64,000 nucleotides of DNA from Minisyncoccota bacterium (GCA_041664585.1 JBAYKL010000001.1:4592-68591), one strand, 5' to 3'; positions 47,343-56,839 are shown, counted from the stretch's first letter. A program made the numbers and translations. Notes: generated by a model not told the origin, from the sequence alone.

Positions 47343-47633
47343 ATGATTAAAATCAATAATTCAAATGGAGAATCAATTACAGTAGAAACTGAAAAGATTC
47401 TCAGATTTATTAGGGATGATAAAAACAGTGATTTTTTTGTAGATAACGCCTTGTTAAACTATTCTTTTAGCGAGGTTGGTTTATTGACAACAGAAATCAC
47501 TACAAGCGAAAATACTATAATTTTAAATCACGGACTTGGAGTACAGATTTCCTGTTTTGGTCCGGAGTATGAAATTTTTAGGTTAGTTTTCGCTATCTTG
47601 ATAATAAGAGAAAAAAACTTAAGCTTAATATAG
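47343..47633 (+). CDS. small hypothetical protein (96 aa) under a strong promoter and SD
   Basis: ATG at 47343 lies 4 nt after AAGGAGGTGG. No family recognised. Confidence 0.55.
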   Translation: MIKINNSNGESITVETEKILRFIRDDKNSDFFVDNALLNYSFSEVGLLTTEITTSENTIILNHGLGVQISCFGPEYEIFRLVFAILIIREKNLSLI

Positions 47634-47645
47634 GATCTCGGTAAC

Positions 47646-47674
47646 TGCCAACACTTAATGTGTTGGCTTTTTTA
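47646..47674 (+). terminator. rho-independent terminator
   Basis: Hairpin gccaacacttaatgtgttggc followed by TTTTTT. Confidence 0.85.
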
Positions 47675-47704
47675 AATTGACCTTATATCCAATCTTTGAG
47701 ATAA

Positions 47705-48952
47705 TTGTCTGTAATGAATAAAAATAAATTAATATTCGGCAAGTTTTTAGTAATTTTCTCCGTAATTATATTGATATCTTTTGGTGTTGGAGTATATTTC
47801 GGTAGTTCCTTTATTTCAAAAACTAATGAAAAAATTGTTTTTGTAAGTAACTCAACAAATTCAGATACATCTACAAGTTCTGTAAATCTCAAACCTTTCT
47901 GGGATGCTTGGAAAATTCTAGATAACAAATTTGTACCTACGGTAAAAGCTTCTAAGGTTATAGATAACCAAGAGAAAGTTTGGGGTGCTATAAAAGGTTT
48001 AGCCTCACAATACGGCGATCCATACACAGTATTTATGCCACCAGAAGATAGCAAAATGTTTGAGAGTGACATAAGCGGAAATTTTGAAGGTGTTGGTATG
48101 GAAATTGGTATGAAGGATAACCAAATGGTTGTTGTTTCTCCTCTAAAGGGTACACCGGCATACAATGCTGGAGTAAAAGCAGGTGATTTTATTCTTTCAA
48201 TCGATGATGTAAAGACAGATAGTATGGCTGTAGATAATGCAGTAAAACTTATACGTGGTAAAGCTAACACTCAAGTAAGTATTAAATTTGCTAGAGAAGG
48301 AAAGACGGAACCTTTTGTTATAAAAATCACAAGAGGAATAATAAATGTACCAACACTTGAAACAGAAAAGAAAGGAGATATTTTTGTAATAAAACTTTAT
48401 AACTTCTATGCTCCAGCTTCAAACGCCTTCAGAGGTGCACTTAGAGAATTTATAGAATCAGGAACACATAAACTTATATTAGATTTACGTGGTAACCCAG
48501 GAGGATATCTTGAATCGGCTGTGGATATGTCCAGTTTCTTTTTGCCAGTAGGTAAAGTTGTTGTAAGTGAATCATTTGGAGGTAAACAAAATGATGTGAT
48601 TTATAGAAGTAAGGGCTATGATATTTTCAACGATACACTTAGGATGGTAATTCTTGTAGATGGAGGTTCGGCTTCAGCTTCAGAAATTCTTGCTGGTGCA
48701 TTAAAAGAACAAGGTGTTGCAAAACTTGTGGGAACAAAAACTTTTGGTAAAGGTTCAGTACAAGAGCTTATCAAACTCACACCAGACACTTCACTTAAGG
48801 TAACAATAGCAAAGTGGCTTACACCGAAAGGTAATTCTATTTCAGAAGGAGGTCTTACTCCAGATTATGAAGTAAAATTTACAGCTAAGGATCTAACAGA
48901 CAAAAAAGATTCACAAATGGAGAAGGCTGTAGAAGTGGTTAATGGTTTGTAA
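47705..48952 (+). CDS. ctpA: carboxyl-terminal processing protease (S41, PDZ domain)
   Basis: N-terminal TM segment, a PDZ domain (GVGMEIG...GVKAGD) and the S41 catalytic motifs LRGNPGG and KTFGKGSVQ. Confidence 0.85.
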   Translation: MSVMNKNKLIFGKFLVIFSVIILISFGVGVYFGSSFISKTNEKIVFVSNSTNSDTSTSSVNLKPFWDAWKILDNKFVPTVKASKVIDNQEKVWGAIKGLASQYGDPYTVFMPPEDSKMFESDISGNFEGVGMEIGMKDNQMVVVSPLKGTPAYNAGVKAGDFILSIDDVKTDSMAVDNAVKLIRGKANTQVSIKFAREGKTEPFVIKITRGIINVPTLETEKKGDIFVIKLYNFYAPASNAFRGALREFIESGTHKLILDLRGNPGGYLESAVDMSSFFLPVGKVVVSESFGGKQNDVIYRSKGYDIFNDTLRMVILVDGGSASASEILAGALKEQGVAKLVGTKTFGKGSVQELIKLTPDTSLKVTIAKWLTPKGNSISEGGLTPDYEVKFTAKDLTDKKDSQMEKAVEVVNGL

Positions 48953-48960
48953 ATAAAAAA

Positions 48961-48981
48961 CCGCACCTTTATGGGGTGCGG
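48961..48981. terminator. bidirectional terminator overlapping the stop codon of the minus-strand gene
   Basis: Hairpin ccgcacctttatggggtgcgg. The minus strand then reads TTTTTTTATTT. Confidence 0.75.
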
Positions 48982-49316
48982 TTTGTCCATACTTTTTTGT
49001 ACGGATCAATTCCTTGTGCTTCGGAACGACCGTCACAATCAGGGCAAATATTGTTCACGAGATGTCTTAATTGCGTCACCGCCATACACATTTTACAACG
49101 TTTAGCGTGATCGTTTTGAAGCATACAGTCGTCATCACAATAGGCATTTCCGCCCCAACGAGATTCAATATGAGCTTCGATTGGTCTATAAGGAAATATA
49201 GAACGTGCCTCGAGCTTATTTCTCATCTGTCGGACAAGAACTTTGATCTTTTTGCCATCATTATCAATCTGTTCCTCAAACAAAGGAGAAACAGTAGCTT
49301 CTACTTGAGTGGTCAT
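48969..49316 (-). CDS. Cys-rich putative zinc-ribbon protein
   Basis: 115 aa with clustered Cys (CDDDC...CKMC...CPDCDG). Confidence 0.45.
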   Translation of the reverse strand: MTTQVEATVSPLFEEQIDNDGKKIKVLVRQMRNKLEARSIFPYRPIEAHIESRWGGNAYCDDDCMLQNDHAKRCKMCMAVTQLRHLVNNICPDCDGRSEAQGIDPYKKVWTNRTP

Positions 49317-49437
49317 TTTGTTATCTCCTTTCTTGGTTTTTAGTTAACATCAATGAACTATTGTATATAAAGAATATCTACCTTTTATTAAGCTGTCAAG
49401 CCTATCATAAATTCACGACTTATATTATGATTAATTT

Positions 49438-49884
49438 ATGAAAATAATACTTTTAAAGGATGTAAAGAAAGTTGGAAGAAAATTTGAAGTCAAAAATGTA
49501 GCTGACGGTCTTGCTATAAATAAACTTATTCCTATGGGAATGGCTATTCAGGCTACAGAAGGGAATATAAAAGGTTTACAAGAAAAGATTAAGATAGGAG
49601 AAAACAATTCTGCTCAAATAGAGGACTCCATAAAAAAAGCTATCGCTTCGCTTAAGGATGGTAAAGTTGTAATCACAGGGAAGACAAATGACAAAGGACA
49701 TCTATTTGCTGGAGTTCATAAAGCTCAAATTATTGAAGAATTCAAAAAAGTAACAGGTGTAGAAATTTCTGAAGATTCTATCAAACTAGAAAAACCTCTT
49801 AAGGAAGTTGGGGAACATAAAATAAAAATCACTCTCGGTGACAAAGTTTTTGAGTTTGTGGTGGAAATAAAAGGAACCAAATAA
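49438..49884 (+). CDS. rplI: 50S ribosomal protein L9
   Basis: The MKIILLKDVKKVG N-terminus is typical of L9. Confidence 0.85.
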   Translation: MKIILLKDVKKVGRKFEVKNVADGLAINKLIPMGMAIQATEGNIKGLQEKIKIGENNSAQIEDSIKKAIASLKDGKVVITGKTNDKGHLFAGVHKAQIIEEFKKVTGVEISEDSIKLEKPLKEVGEHKIKITLGDKVFEFVVEIKGTK

Positions 49885-49895
49885 CATATATAATT

Positions 49896-49927
49896 AAAAA
49901 CAACGGACTTTCGCCCGTTGTTTTTTA
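49896..49927. terminator. bidirectional terminator between rplI and rpmA
   Basis: Hairpin caacggactttcgcccgttg with an A-run and T-run. Confidence 0.85.
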
Positions 49928-49935
49928 TTATATCC

Positions 49936-50208
49936 TTATATTACGTTTACAAGATTTCTTCTAGAAGTTCTTGAGTCAAAGTTTGTCTTTCTCTTTGTTG
50001 TAAATTCTACTTTACCATCAGTAAGAGCAAAAAGAGTATGGTCTTTACCCACACCAACATTCTTACCAGCAATAGTGGTTCTGCCTTTTTGTCTCAATAT
50101 TACATTTCCTGTTTTTACAGATTCGTTGTGGTTTACTTTCACACCAAGGTATCTTGGATTGGAATCTCTACCGTTTTTCGATGAACCTGCTGCTTTTTTA
50201 TGTGCCAT
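49936..50208 (-). CDS. rpmA: 50S ribosomal protein L27
   Basis: The [25 protein letters not shown]-terminus is typical of L27. Confidence 0.9.
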   Translation of the reverse strand: MAHKKAAGSSKNGRDSNPRYLGVKVNHNESVKTGNVILRQKGRTTIAGKNVGVGKDHTLFALTDGKVEFTTKRKTNFDSRTSRRNLVNVI

Positions 50209-50269
50209 ATTATTTTTTTAAAATTTAATATCCCTTTTTACGGGGATTCTGATACAATTACACTTACAA

Positions 50270-50746
50270 ATGAGTATAAATGATTTATCAGGAAAAATCA
50301 AGTCCTTTTACCTTAAAAGAAAGGACTATTTTTATAGCCAGGAAAAAGGCTTCAAAATCAGTACCGACCTGTTTATCGTCATCTTGGTCTGCCTAGTAGC
50401 CACGGCATCCTTTGGTTTAGGTAAACTTTCTGCCTTAGAAAAGAAGAAGACCCCGATCCAGGTACTTAAGGTCCAAGATGAATTATTGGCTGGGGTAGTA
50501 GGGAAGACAGAGCCTTCTTTTAAAGCCGAAAACAGCCCAACAGTAAATAATAATCTTGCTACAGCTTTAGACTCACAAACAAGCAAAGGACTTGTCCTAG
50601 CCTCAAAATCAGGCAAAAAATACTACTTTCCGTGGTGTTCTGGAGTAGACAGAATCAAAGAAGAAAACAAAGTTTGGTTCTCTTCTGTTGAAGACGCTAA
50701 GAAAGCTGGTTTAACCCCAGCTTCTGGTTGCACTGGTTTAAAATAG
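50270..50746 (+). CDS. membrane-anchored hypothetical protein
   Basis: One TM segment and a C-terminal YYFPWCSG...SGCTG Cys motif. Confidence 0.45.
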   Translation: MSINDLSGKIKSFYLKRKDYFYSQEKGFKISTDLFIVILVCLVATASFGLGKLSALEKKKTPIQVLKVQDELLAGVVGKTEPSFKAENSPTVNNNLATALDSQTSKGLVLASKSGKKYYFPWCSGVDRIKEENKVWFSSVEDAKKAGLTPASGCTGLK

Positions 50747-50974
50747 ATGGTATTGTCTAAAATAGAATTTGTCAAAAGAAAGGACTTTGAAGTGGCTAAA
50801 TTAAAATGTATCGGAGTTGGAACTTCTATAATTGTGGCGTCTATTGTTTCTGGTCCAAAACCAGCTGCTATAAAAAGTGCTGACGATCTATTAAAGGACG
50901 TCATGCGAAATTTTAAGAGTAAGTGTTTTTTAAAAGCTACGAGATCCAAAAAGTTTAACCCAGGATGGAGATAA
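50747..50974 (+). CDS. small hypothetical protein (75 aa)
   Basis: Start overlaps the upstream stop (TAGATG). A competing antisense ORF exists. Confidence 0.3.
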   Translation: MVLSKIEFVKRKDFEVAKLKCIGVGTSIIVASIVSGPKPAAIKSADDLLKDVMRNFKSKCFLKATRSKKFNPGWR

Positions 50975-50975
50975 G

Positions 50976-51200
50976 ATGAGTAAATTATCAAGGGCAGAAG
51001 AAGATGGAATAGCTTTAGCGGATGTTGTTATGAGGTTTGCTCATAGAACATACAATGCTCCTAGGGGTAGAAAAATTGTTCAAACCTGCATTAGCAGACT
51101 TACGGGTAGAATTGATGAAATTCAACCTAAAAAAGCAACTCCGGCTTACAAAAAAGCCAGGTATAGAAAGAAAAAGAAGAAAAAAACGTTAAAGAGATGA
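50976..51200 (+). CDS. small basic hypothetical protein (74 aa, poly-Lys tail)
   Basis: ORF followed 15 nt later by a strong terminator. Confidence 0.35.
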   Translation: MSKLSRAEEDGIALADVVMRFAHRTYNAPRGRKIVQTCISRLTGRIDEIQPKKATPAYKKARYRKKKKKKTLKR

Positions 51201-51215
51201 AGAACGTGTGATTTT

Positions 51216-51246
51216 GGGCGCAACTTAGTTGCGCCCTTTCTTTTTG
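51216..51246 (+). terminator. rho-independent terminator
   Basis: Hairpin gggcgcaacttagttgcgccc followed by TTTCTTTTT. Confidence 0.8.
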
Positions 51247-51421
51247 CCAGAAAACCTCTGAAAATTTACACCACAAAATAGGGGATTAAGCAAGGTAAAA
51301 GTGGCTCAACCAAGCCGTATTAAAGAGTTTGACTATTGACGAAACGTGTTGTAAAAGCTTGACTTTATAAAACAGGTATGATAGTATATATAGGAAATCA
51401 GAGGCAACTCTGATTTTAATT

Positions 51422-51910
51422 ATGATAGAAATATTAACGACGTCTTTCTTCATCTTTTCTTCAATATACGGAGGCCCGGTTAATACTAGCGACGTAAAAG
51501 TTTCTAGCAACGTACCGCAGATAAAAGCCCCAGTAGTTGAGAAAACAGAAACCGAAGTTCCAAATAACATTGGTTTAGAGAAGAAGGTCAGAGAATTTTT
51601 CAAGAACGATCCTTTGCTTGTAGATATTTCAAGATGTGAATCTCACTTCAGACAATATGATACAGATGGAGAATCGCTCAGAGGTAAGGTAAATAGTTCA
51701 GATATAGGCTTGATGCAGATAAATGAATATTATCATGCAGACACAGCAAAAAAACTTGGTATGGACATTCACACTGTAGAAGGAAACCTAGCTTATGCTA
51801 AGTATCTCTACAACAAGGAAGGTGCACAACCATGGAAATCTTCTTCAAAGTGTTGGGCTACAAATGTAGCAAGTACACCTAGAACAGGAGAATTGGCAGT
51901 TAACATCTAA
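51422..51910 (+). CDS. lytic transglycosylase-like (SLT/lysozyme-like domain) protein
   Basis: Hydrophobic N-terminus. Catalytic-type CESHF glutamate context, SSDIGLMQIN, and an AYAKYLY motif. Confidence 0.5.
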   Translation: MIEILTTSFFIFSSIYGGPVNTSDVKVSSNVPQIKAPVVEKTETEVPNNIGLEKKVREFFKNDPLLVDISRCESHFRQYDTDGESLRGKVNSSDIGLMQINEYYHADTAKKLGMDIHTVEGNLAYAKYLYNKEGAQPWKSSSKCWATNVASTPRTGELAVNI

Positions 51911-51936
51911 CAGCCAAAACAAATTATAAATAAATA

Positions 51937-52028
51937 CAAAAGGCGGGTTTGCGAAAGCGAGCTCGCCTTTTGTATTTATAAGATATAAAAAAGCCCAAGC
52001 CGCAGGTGTACAGACCTGGGGCTTGGGC
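51937..52028. terminator. two consecutive hairpin terminators (convergent transcription units)
   Basis: Hairpin 1 at 51937-51974 (aaaaggcg...cgcctttt followed by TTTTG) serves the plus-strand gene. Hairpin 2 at 51993-52028 (gcccaagc...gcttgggc) has a T-run on the minus strand. Confidence 0.7.
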
Positions 52029-52077
52029 TGAAGGTTTTGATTCATTGGCGATTCCTACAAACGCCGCGCGGCCTTAT

Positions 52078-52122
52078 TCATTTCTTTGCCGTAAGACGAC
52101 GAATTTTTCGTTTATACGCCAT
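52078..52122 (-). CDS. 14-codon micro-ORF MAYKRKIRRLTAKK with consensus SD
   Basis: An AAAGGAGG SD lies 6 nt before the ATG at 52122. It is followed on the minus strand by hairpin 2 plus a T-run. Confidence 0.4.
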   Translation of the reverse strand: MAYKRKIRRLTAKK

Positions 52123-52149
52123 TTTTACCTCCTTTCATCTAAAAAAGAA

Positions 52150-52446
52150 TTATAATTCACCGTCTGGTTTGCCTCGATCATCAATACAATCCAGACATTT
52201 TAATATCTTTTTGTCCCGCCTACTGTTAGATATTAGGATAATGATAACAACAAGAGCCACAGCAACAACGACTAGGGGAATTAATGTTACAGCTGCATTA
52301 ACATCTTCGTGGTTAAGCTCTTTGTTTTTCATTCTTGCGGTGATGAACGACTGAGCCAGACTTAAGGAAAACAATACTGCAAGTGATGCAAAAATTAACC
52401 ATCTCAGAAATATTCTTACCCTCGTAACTACATCCAGTGTTTTCAT
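52150..52446 (-). CDS. small two-TM membrane protein
   Basis: 98 aa with two hydrophobic helices and a C-terminal CLDCIDD motif. Confidence 0.45.
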   Translation of the reverse strand: MKTLDVVTRVRIFLRWLIFASLAVLFSLSLAQSFITARMKNKELNHEDVNAAVTLIPLVVVAVALVVIIILISNSRRDKKILKCLDCIDDRGKPDGEL

Positions 52447-52536
52447 TATTTTAACCCTTTCTTTTATAACTTAAAGAACAACCTGTATTAGAGGATATTA
52501 AACCATAATTGATTACTTAATACAATATCTAATAAA

Positions 52537-52570
52537 AAACCCCACCAAGCCGAAACTTAGGTGAGGGTTT
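52537..52570 (-). terminator. terminator after the 52590..52790 gene
   Basis: Hairpin aaaccccacc...ggtgagggttt. The minus strand then reads TTTTTATT. Confidence 0.65.
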
Positions 52571-52589
52571 AGTTGATCGGTGGCCGAAT

Positions 52590-52790
52590 TTACCTCCTTA
52601 CAACCTTGAATTTGAAATCTGTATCAAGAAAGATTCCATTAATCTTGTCAGCAATTTGACTTGGTGTCATATTCCTAAACAAGAGATGCCAAGCTTTATG
52701 CTGTCTTTCTTCAATAATGGATATATTGAATGATTCCTCAGAGCCTCCACGCGAACGCGGTTTCCTATGATGGCGGTTTTTAAATTTCAT
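52590..52790 (-). CDS. small basic hypothetical protein (66 aa)
   Basis: GGAGG SD and a terminator downstream. The N-terminus KNRHHRKPRSRGG is highly basic. Confidence 0.5.
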   Translation of the reverse strand: MKFKNRHHRKPRSRGGSEESFNISIIEERQHKAWHLLFRNMTPSQIADKINGIFLDTDFKFKVVRR

Positions 52791-52977
52791 CTAATACCTC
52801 CATCGCATCTTTTTTTGCTTCCATAGGCAGAACCTTTCGATTAATTTATTAGCCAGAAAGAACTATACTAATATTAAATCATGACCGGTTATTTAATACA
52901 AGATGCAGGGAAGTATGAATAGTTTTGATTGACAAAGACCCTTTTTGTACTAATCTTATATCAGATAAGGAGAAACT

Positions 52978-53469
52978 ATGACTAATGCAGTGCTAGTTTT
53001 ATATACGAGACTCAACCCTATAAATAGGCAACTCGAAGTGCTCTTTGCAAAAAAACACGCTGAAGCGAAAGTTGGTGCTGGTAAACTCAATGGCTACGGT
53101 GGTTGTATTGATCCAGGGGAAACTCCAGCTCAAGCAGCTATAAGAGAAACCAGTGAAGAAGCTGGTGAAAATTTCTTGGTACTTGAAAAAGATCTCAAAG
53201 CTAGAGGTATAATAACTTTCTATGATCATGAGATAAGACCAAAATGGAAAGTGTATATCTTTGTCTGCGACAGGTTCAGTGGCGAACCGAAGGAGTCCAA
53301 AGAGATGCTTGATCCCAAGTGGTTTGATGCAGATCAAATTCCTAAGCTCGATATACTACCAGCAGACAAACTATTCATGCCAAAGATTCTATCTGGCAAA
53401 ACCGTTCATAACGGATGGGTTATCTTCAAAAGGAACTTCAGCGGTGTTAGGGGATATGGTGGTTTTTAA
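52978..53469 (+). CDS. Nudix hydrolase (MutT-like)
   Basis: Perfect Nudix box GGCIDPGETPAQAAIRETSEEAG. AAGGAG SD. Confidence 0.8.
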   Translation: MTNAVLVLYTRLNPINRQLEVLFAKKHAEAKVGAGKLNGYGGCIDPGETPAQAAIRETSEEAGENFLVLEKDLKARGIITFYDHEIRPKWKVYIFVCDRFSGEPKESKEMLDPKWFDADQIPKLDILPADKLFMPKILSGKTVHNGWVIFKRNFSGVRGYGGF

Positions 53470-53487
53470 TAAAACCACGTCACCAAG

Positions 53488-53519
53488 TCGGTCTTATTTA
53501 AAAGTAAGACCGATTTTTT
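53488..53519 (+). terminator. rho-independent terminator
   Basis: Hairpin tcggtctta-tttaaaag-taagaccga followed by TTTTTT. Confidence 0.8.
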
Positions 53520-53834
53520 ATTACATAAAGAAAAATACGCGATTCTGTTTTAGCCAAAACTGGCAGAGAGAATGTGAGGGGAATTAAGGCTTTGTTATTA
53601 TATATGTGTCGCACAATATATCTTTTGCCTGATATATATCTCAAATATGGCTTAAATAACAACAAAGGCACTTCCCCGGGTATTTTTAGAAAATTCTTAG
53701 TATTACTATAAAAATGTAGAAATATTTATTTATATAATAATTTATCTCAAAAAATATTTCTGAAAAGTTTTCTCTCCCCTCTAGACTAGATCAGTGTCAT
53801 AAATTTTTAAATTAGTCATTTTTCACTTTTTAGC

Positions 53835-53859
53835 AAAAAAGGCCTTTTCGGCCTTTTTT
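53835..53859. terminator. bidirectional terminator
   Basis: aaaaggcc-ttttc-ggcctttt. Confidence 0.7.
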
Positions 53860-53884
53860 GTGTTTTTAACGATCTCTATAAATA

Positions 53885-54145
53885 TTATCCCAAATTCATA
53901 GCAGCCAAACCTTCTTGTATAAGCCTCCAAAGGACTCCGACAACAAACTTGTCCCATACAAAGATCACAGGAGCAGCCAAGTAATTGTTCCAGAAGGTTT
54001 TTATAAAACCCCAAACATACTGTAAATTAGTTTGAACACTGTCTGACTCAATTATATCTTTTATATTAAAACCAAAATATCCTAGAACGATAAGAGCAAT
54101 TACTACTACAACCACCATCTTTATTAAACCTTTATTTTTTTGCAT
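53885..54145 (-). CDS. small membrane protein
   Basis: 86 aa with two TM helices. Confidence 0.45.
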   Translation of the reverse strand: MQKNKGLIKMVVVVVIALIVLGYFGFNIKDIIESDSVQTNLQYVWGFIKTFWNNYLAAPVIFVWDKFVVGVLWRLIQEGLAAMNLG

Positions 54146-54213
54146 AAATTTTATTAAAATAAATTAATCTAAAAGCTTTAATAATTATACCACAAAAAAT
54201 ACTCTGCAAATGT

Positions 54214-55485
54214 TTACAAGTATGTCATTGGGTCCAAATATCCTTTAGGATCTGCTATAGGCATTGTGTACGTTCCTTTGCATACCTTACTCTTCATACT
54301 ACTGATCTTTACACCCTGAGTAGCATAGAGGCTCAAATGTAAGTGTGGACCAGTACTATATCCGGTATTTCCAGAGTATGCGATGGTGTCTCCAGTATAT
54401 ACTCTATCTCCTGCCTTAACTTTTATTAAAGAAAGGTGCCCATATAAAGTAGAAAGACCATTATCGTGTTTTATGAGAATCCATTTACCATACGATGCAG
54501 CAGAACAAACCGTATCTGTGTCTCCAGTGCCTTCAATAGTTCCAGAAAGTGCGGCCTTTACTTTTGTACCGACAGAAGCTCTAAAGTCCACGCCGTTGTG
54601 ACTTCCAGATGTATAAAGTCTTCCAGAGTCAGATGTGACTCCAAACTTTTGAGTTATATAAACATTGTCTAGTGGATATGCAAGTATACCTTTTCCTGCT
54701 TTTGGAATACTCTTGGGATCAATAGCGAGTCTTAGATCAGATTCAAATTGAGTAAGTTCTTTATTAAAAGCATCGGCTAAAGCCTGCTTTGAGGCAAGAA
54801 GTTTTTTGTAGTCGGACTCTTTATTCTTAGTTTGGGCTAAAAGCTGGGTTTTTGATTTTTTATTTATCTCTAATATAGCTTTCTGATCTTCTAGGTCAGA
54901 TTTTAATGCGACTAACTTTTTTCTTTTACTTTCTGCATCACCCTTATCTACCTCAAGACCTGTCTTTATAATCTTAGTCTCTGATACCTTTTGTCTTATG
55001 CTATTTTGAATTCTAAGTAAACTTTCTGTACTCATCCAAAACTGAGAAAGATTACTACTAGATATTAAATTTTCTATAATAGATGTTTGATCTATTTCAT
55101 TTATCTCTCTTATGGTTTGTCCTATGACTTTACTATTAAGATTAATATCCTTTTCTTTACCAACTATCTCAAATCCGAGTCTTTGTATTTCAAGTTCTGT
55201 TGTCTTGATATTATTCTCAGTAAGCTTAATATCTAAAAGATTTTTTTTCTCTGTAGCTTCTATGGTTTTAAGCGCCTTTGAAAGTGAATCGACTTCCCCA
55301 CCAATAGTTTTTAATTGAGCTTGATATTCAGCTATTTCTTTCTCAAGCTGAAGTTTACTCTTAGTTGTACTGTCTATTTTTGCTTTTATCTCGTCTATTG
55401 ACTGTCCTAAAGATACGTTTCCTAATAACATAAAAGTAATGAATACAAAAAGAGATATTCTTACTGTTTTGTTATATATACTCAT
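54214..55485 (-). CDS. M23 family metallopeptidase with N-terminal coiled coil (EnvC/LytM-like)
   Basis: Signal peptide, a long coiled coil, and a C-terminal HNGVDF...HLHLSLY M23 motif. Confidence 0.85.
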   Translation of the reverse strand: MSIYNKTVRISLFVFITFMLLGNVSLGQSIDEIKAKIDSTTKSKLQLEKEIAEYQAQLKTIGGEVDSLSKALKTIEATEKKNLLDIKLTENNIKTTELEIQRLGFEIVGKEKDINLNSKVIGQTIREINEIDQTSIIENLISSSNLSQFWMSTESLLRIQNSIRQKVSETKIIKTGLEVDKGDAESKRKKLVALKSDLEDQKAILEINKKSKTQLLAQTKNKESDYKKLLASKQALADAFNKELTQFESDLRLAIDPKSIPKAGKGILAYPLDNVYITQKFGVTSDSGRLYTSGSHNGVDFRASVGTKVKAALSGTIEGTGDTDTVCSAASYGKWILIKHDNGLSTLYGHLSLIKVKAGDRVYTGDTIAYSGNTGYSTGPHLHLSLYATQGVKISSMKSKVCKGTYTMPIADPKGYLDPMTYL

Positions 55486-55486
55486 C

Positions 55487-56839
55487 TTATTTTAATAACA
55501 ATTCTATAGCTATACTTATTCTTGAGAGGGTTTCTGCTTTACCTAATGTACCACAGAGAGTAAACGGATCTGGAGATTTTTCTTTACCAGAGAGGGAAAC
55601 ACGGAGTGGCCAAAGCACGTTCCCCTTCCCTTTCTCTTCAGCAATTTTCCAGATAGCTTCTTTTGTACTTTCTGAAGAAAAATTACTTTCGTCCATTTTT
55701 TCAAATATTTCTGATACAAGTTTAAGGTTTTCTGCAGCTTCCTGTGTTGTGCCACCCTTTTTCCAAACTATCATCTCTTTATCCAAAATCGGTTTCTCAA
55801 AGAAATATTGAATATCGCCATCCTTAAGCATTTGGTCTACATCAGACCAAACATTAATTCTTTCTAAAATGATTGGGGTTATTTTTTTAATAATTTCATC
55901 ATTTTGATATCCAGAATTTTTGATTAGTCTATTTGTAATTTCTTCTTGGACTTTTTCTATTGGAAGTTTCTTAAGATATTCTTTGTTATACCAGAGTAAT
56001 TTTTGTGGATTAAATATAGCCCCGGCCTTTTGGACCTTAGATATATCAAATTTTTCAATTAATTCATCGAGTGAAAAAACTTCTTCTTCTGTTCCAGGAT
56101 TCCAACCCAAAAAAGCAATGAAGTTTAACATAGCCTCTGGTAGATATCCCATTTTTTCATAATATTCTACAGATACCATTTCACCATGTTTTCTTTTTGA
56201 AAGTTTTTCTCTCGTCTCAGATAGAATAAGGGGCATGTGCCCGTAAACTGGTCTTGGTTTTTCTCCTATAGCCTCCCATATTAAAATCTGCCTAGGAGTA
56301 TTTGAAAGGTGCTCTTCTGCACGAATAACATGTGTGATCCCCATGGTAATATCGTCAACAACATTTGAAAGGTGGAAGATTGGTTCATCTAAGCTTTTGG
56401 CGATAATGAAATCTCCAAGATCTGTTGTATCAAAAACAACATCTCCTTTTATTAAGTCGTTGAAAGCAATTTTTTTATTTGGATTTTTGAATCTAATAAC
56501 TTCTGCTCTTTGTCCTTCTTCTTTTACCTCCTCCTTTGAAACATAGGCATGCCCATTTTCTATGAGCTTCTCTATATACTTTCTGTGTACAGAAAAATAA
56601 TCTGACTGTAGTAATGTGTCATCAAATTTTAAACCAAGCCATTCGAAGGCTTTGACTATACCTTCGGTATATTCCTTTTTTGATCTTTCTAAATCAGTAT
56701 CTTCAATTCTTAAAATTATTTTACCTTTATTTTGCCTTGCGTATAAATAATTAAAAAGAGCAGTCCTAGCTCCACCAATGTGAAGGAAGCCGGTAGGGCT
56801 CGGTGCGAATCTTAAAACCATTTGTTCATTATTCTTCAT
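55487..56839 (-). CDS. gltX: glutamyl-tRNA synthetase
   Basis: PSPTGFLHIGGART (HIGH motif) and KLSKR (KMSKS motif). Confidence 0.9.
   Translation of the reverse strand: MKNNEQMVLRFAPSPTGFLHIGGARTALFNYLYARQNKGKIILRIEDTDLERSKKEYTEGIVKAFEWLGLKFDDTLLQSDYFSVHRKYIEKLIENGHAYVSKEEVKEEGQRAEVIRFKNPNKKIAFNDLIKGDVVFDTTDLGDFIIAKSLDEPIFHLSNVVDDITMGITHVIRAEEHLSNTPRQILIWEAIGEKPRPVYGHMPLILSETREKLSKRKHGEMVSVEYYEKMGYLPEAMLNFIAFLGWNPGTEEEVFSLDELIEKFDISKVQKAGAIFNPQKLLWYNKEYLKKLPIEKVQEEITNRLIKNSGYQNDEIIKKITPIILERINVWSDVDQMLKDGDIQYFFEKPILDKEMIVWKKGGTTQEAAENLKLVSEIFEKMDESNFSSESTKEAIWKIAEEKGKGNVLWPLRVSLSGKEKSPDPFTLCGTLGKAETLSRISIAIELLLK

Noticed and set aside
50623-50991. 122-aa minus-strand ORF overlapping the small plus-strand ORFs
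   Set aside because: The plus-strand arrangement has translationally coupled starts and a downstream terminator. Neither strand has domain support, so this is left as low confidence.
51286-52045. Minus-strand ORFs 51286-51603 and 51845-52045
   Set aside because: The first overlaps the SLT-like gene. The second reads straight through two terminator hairpins.
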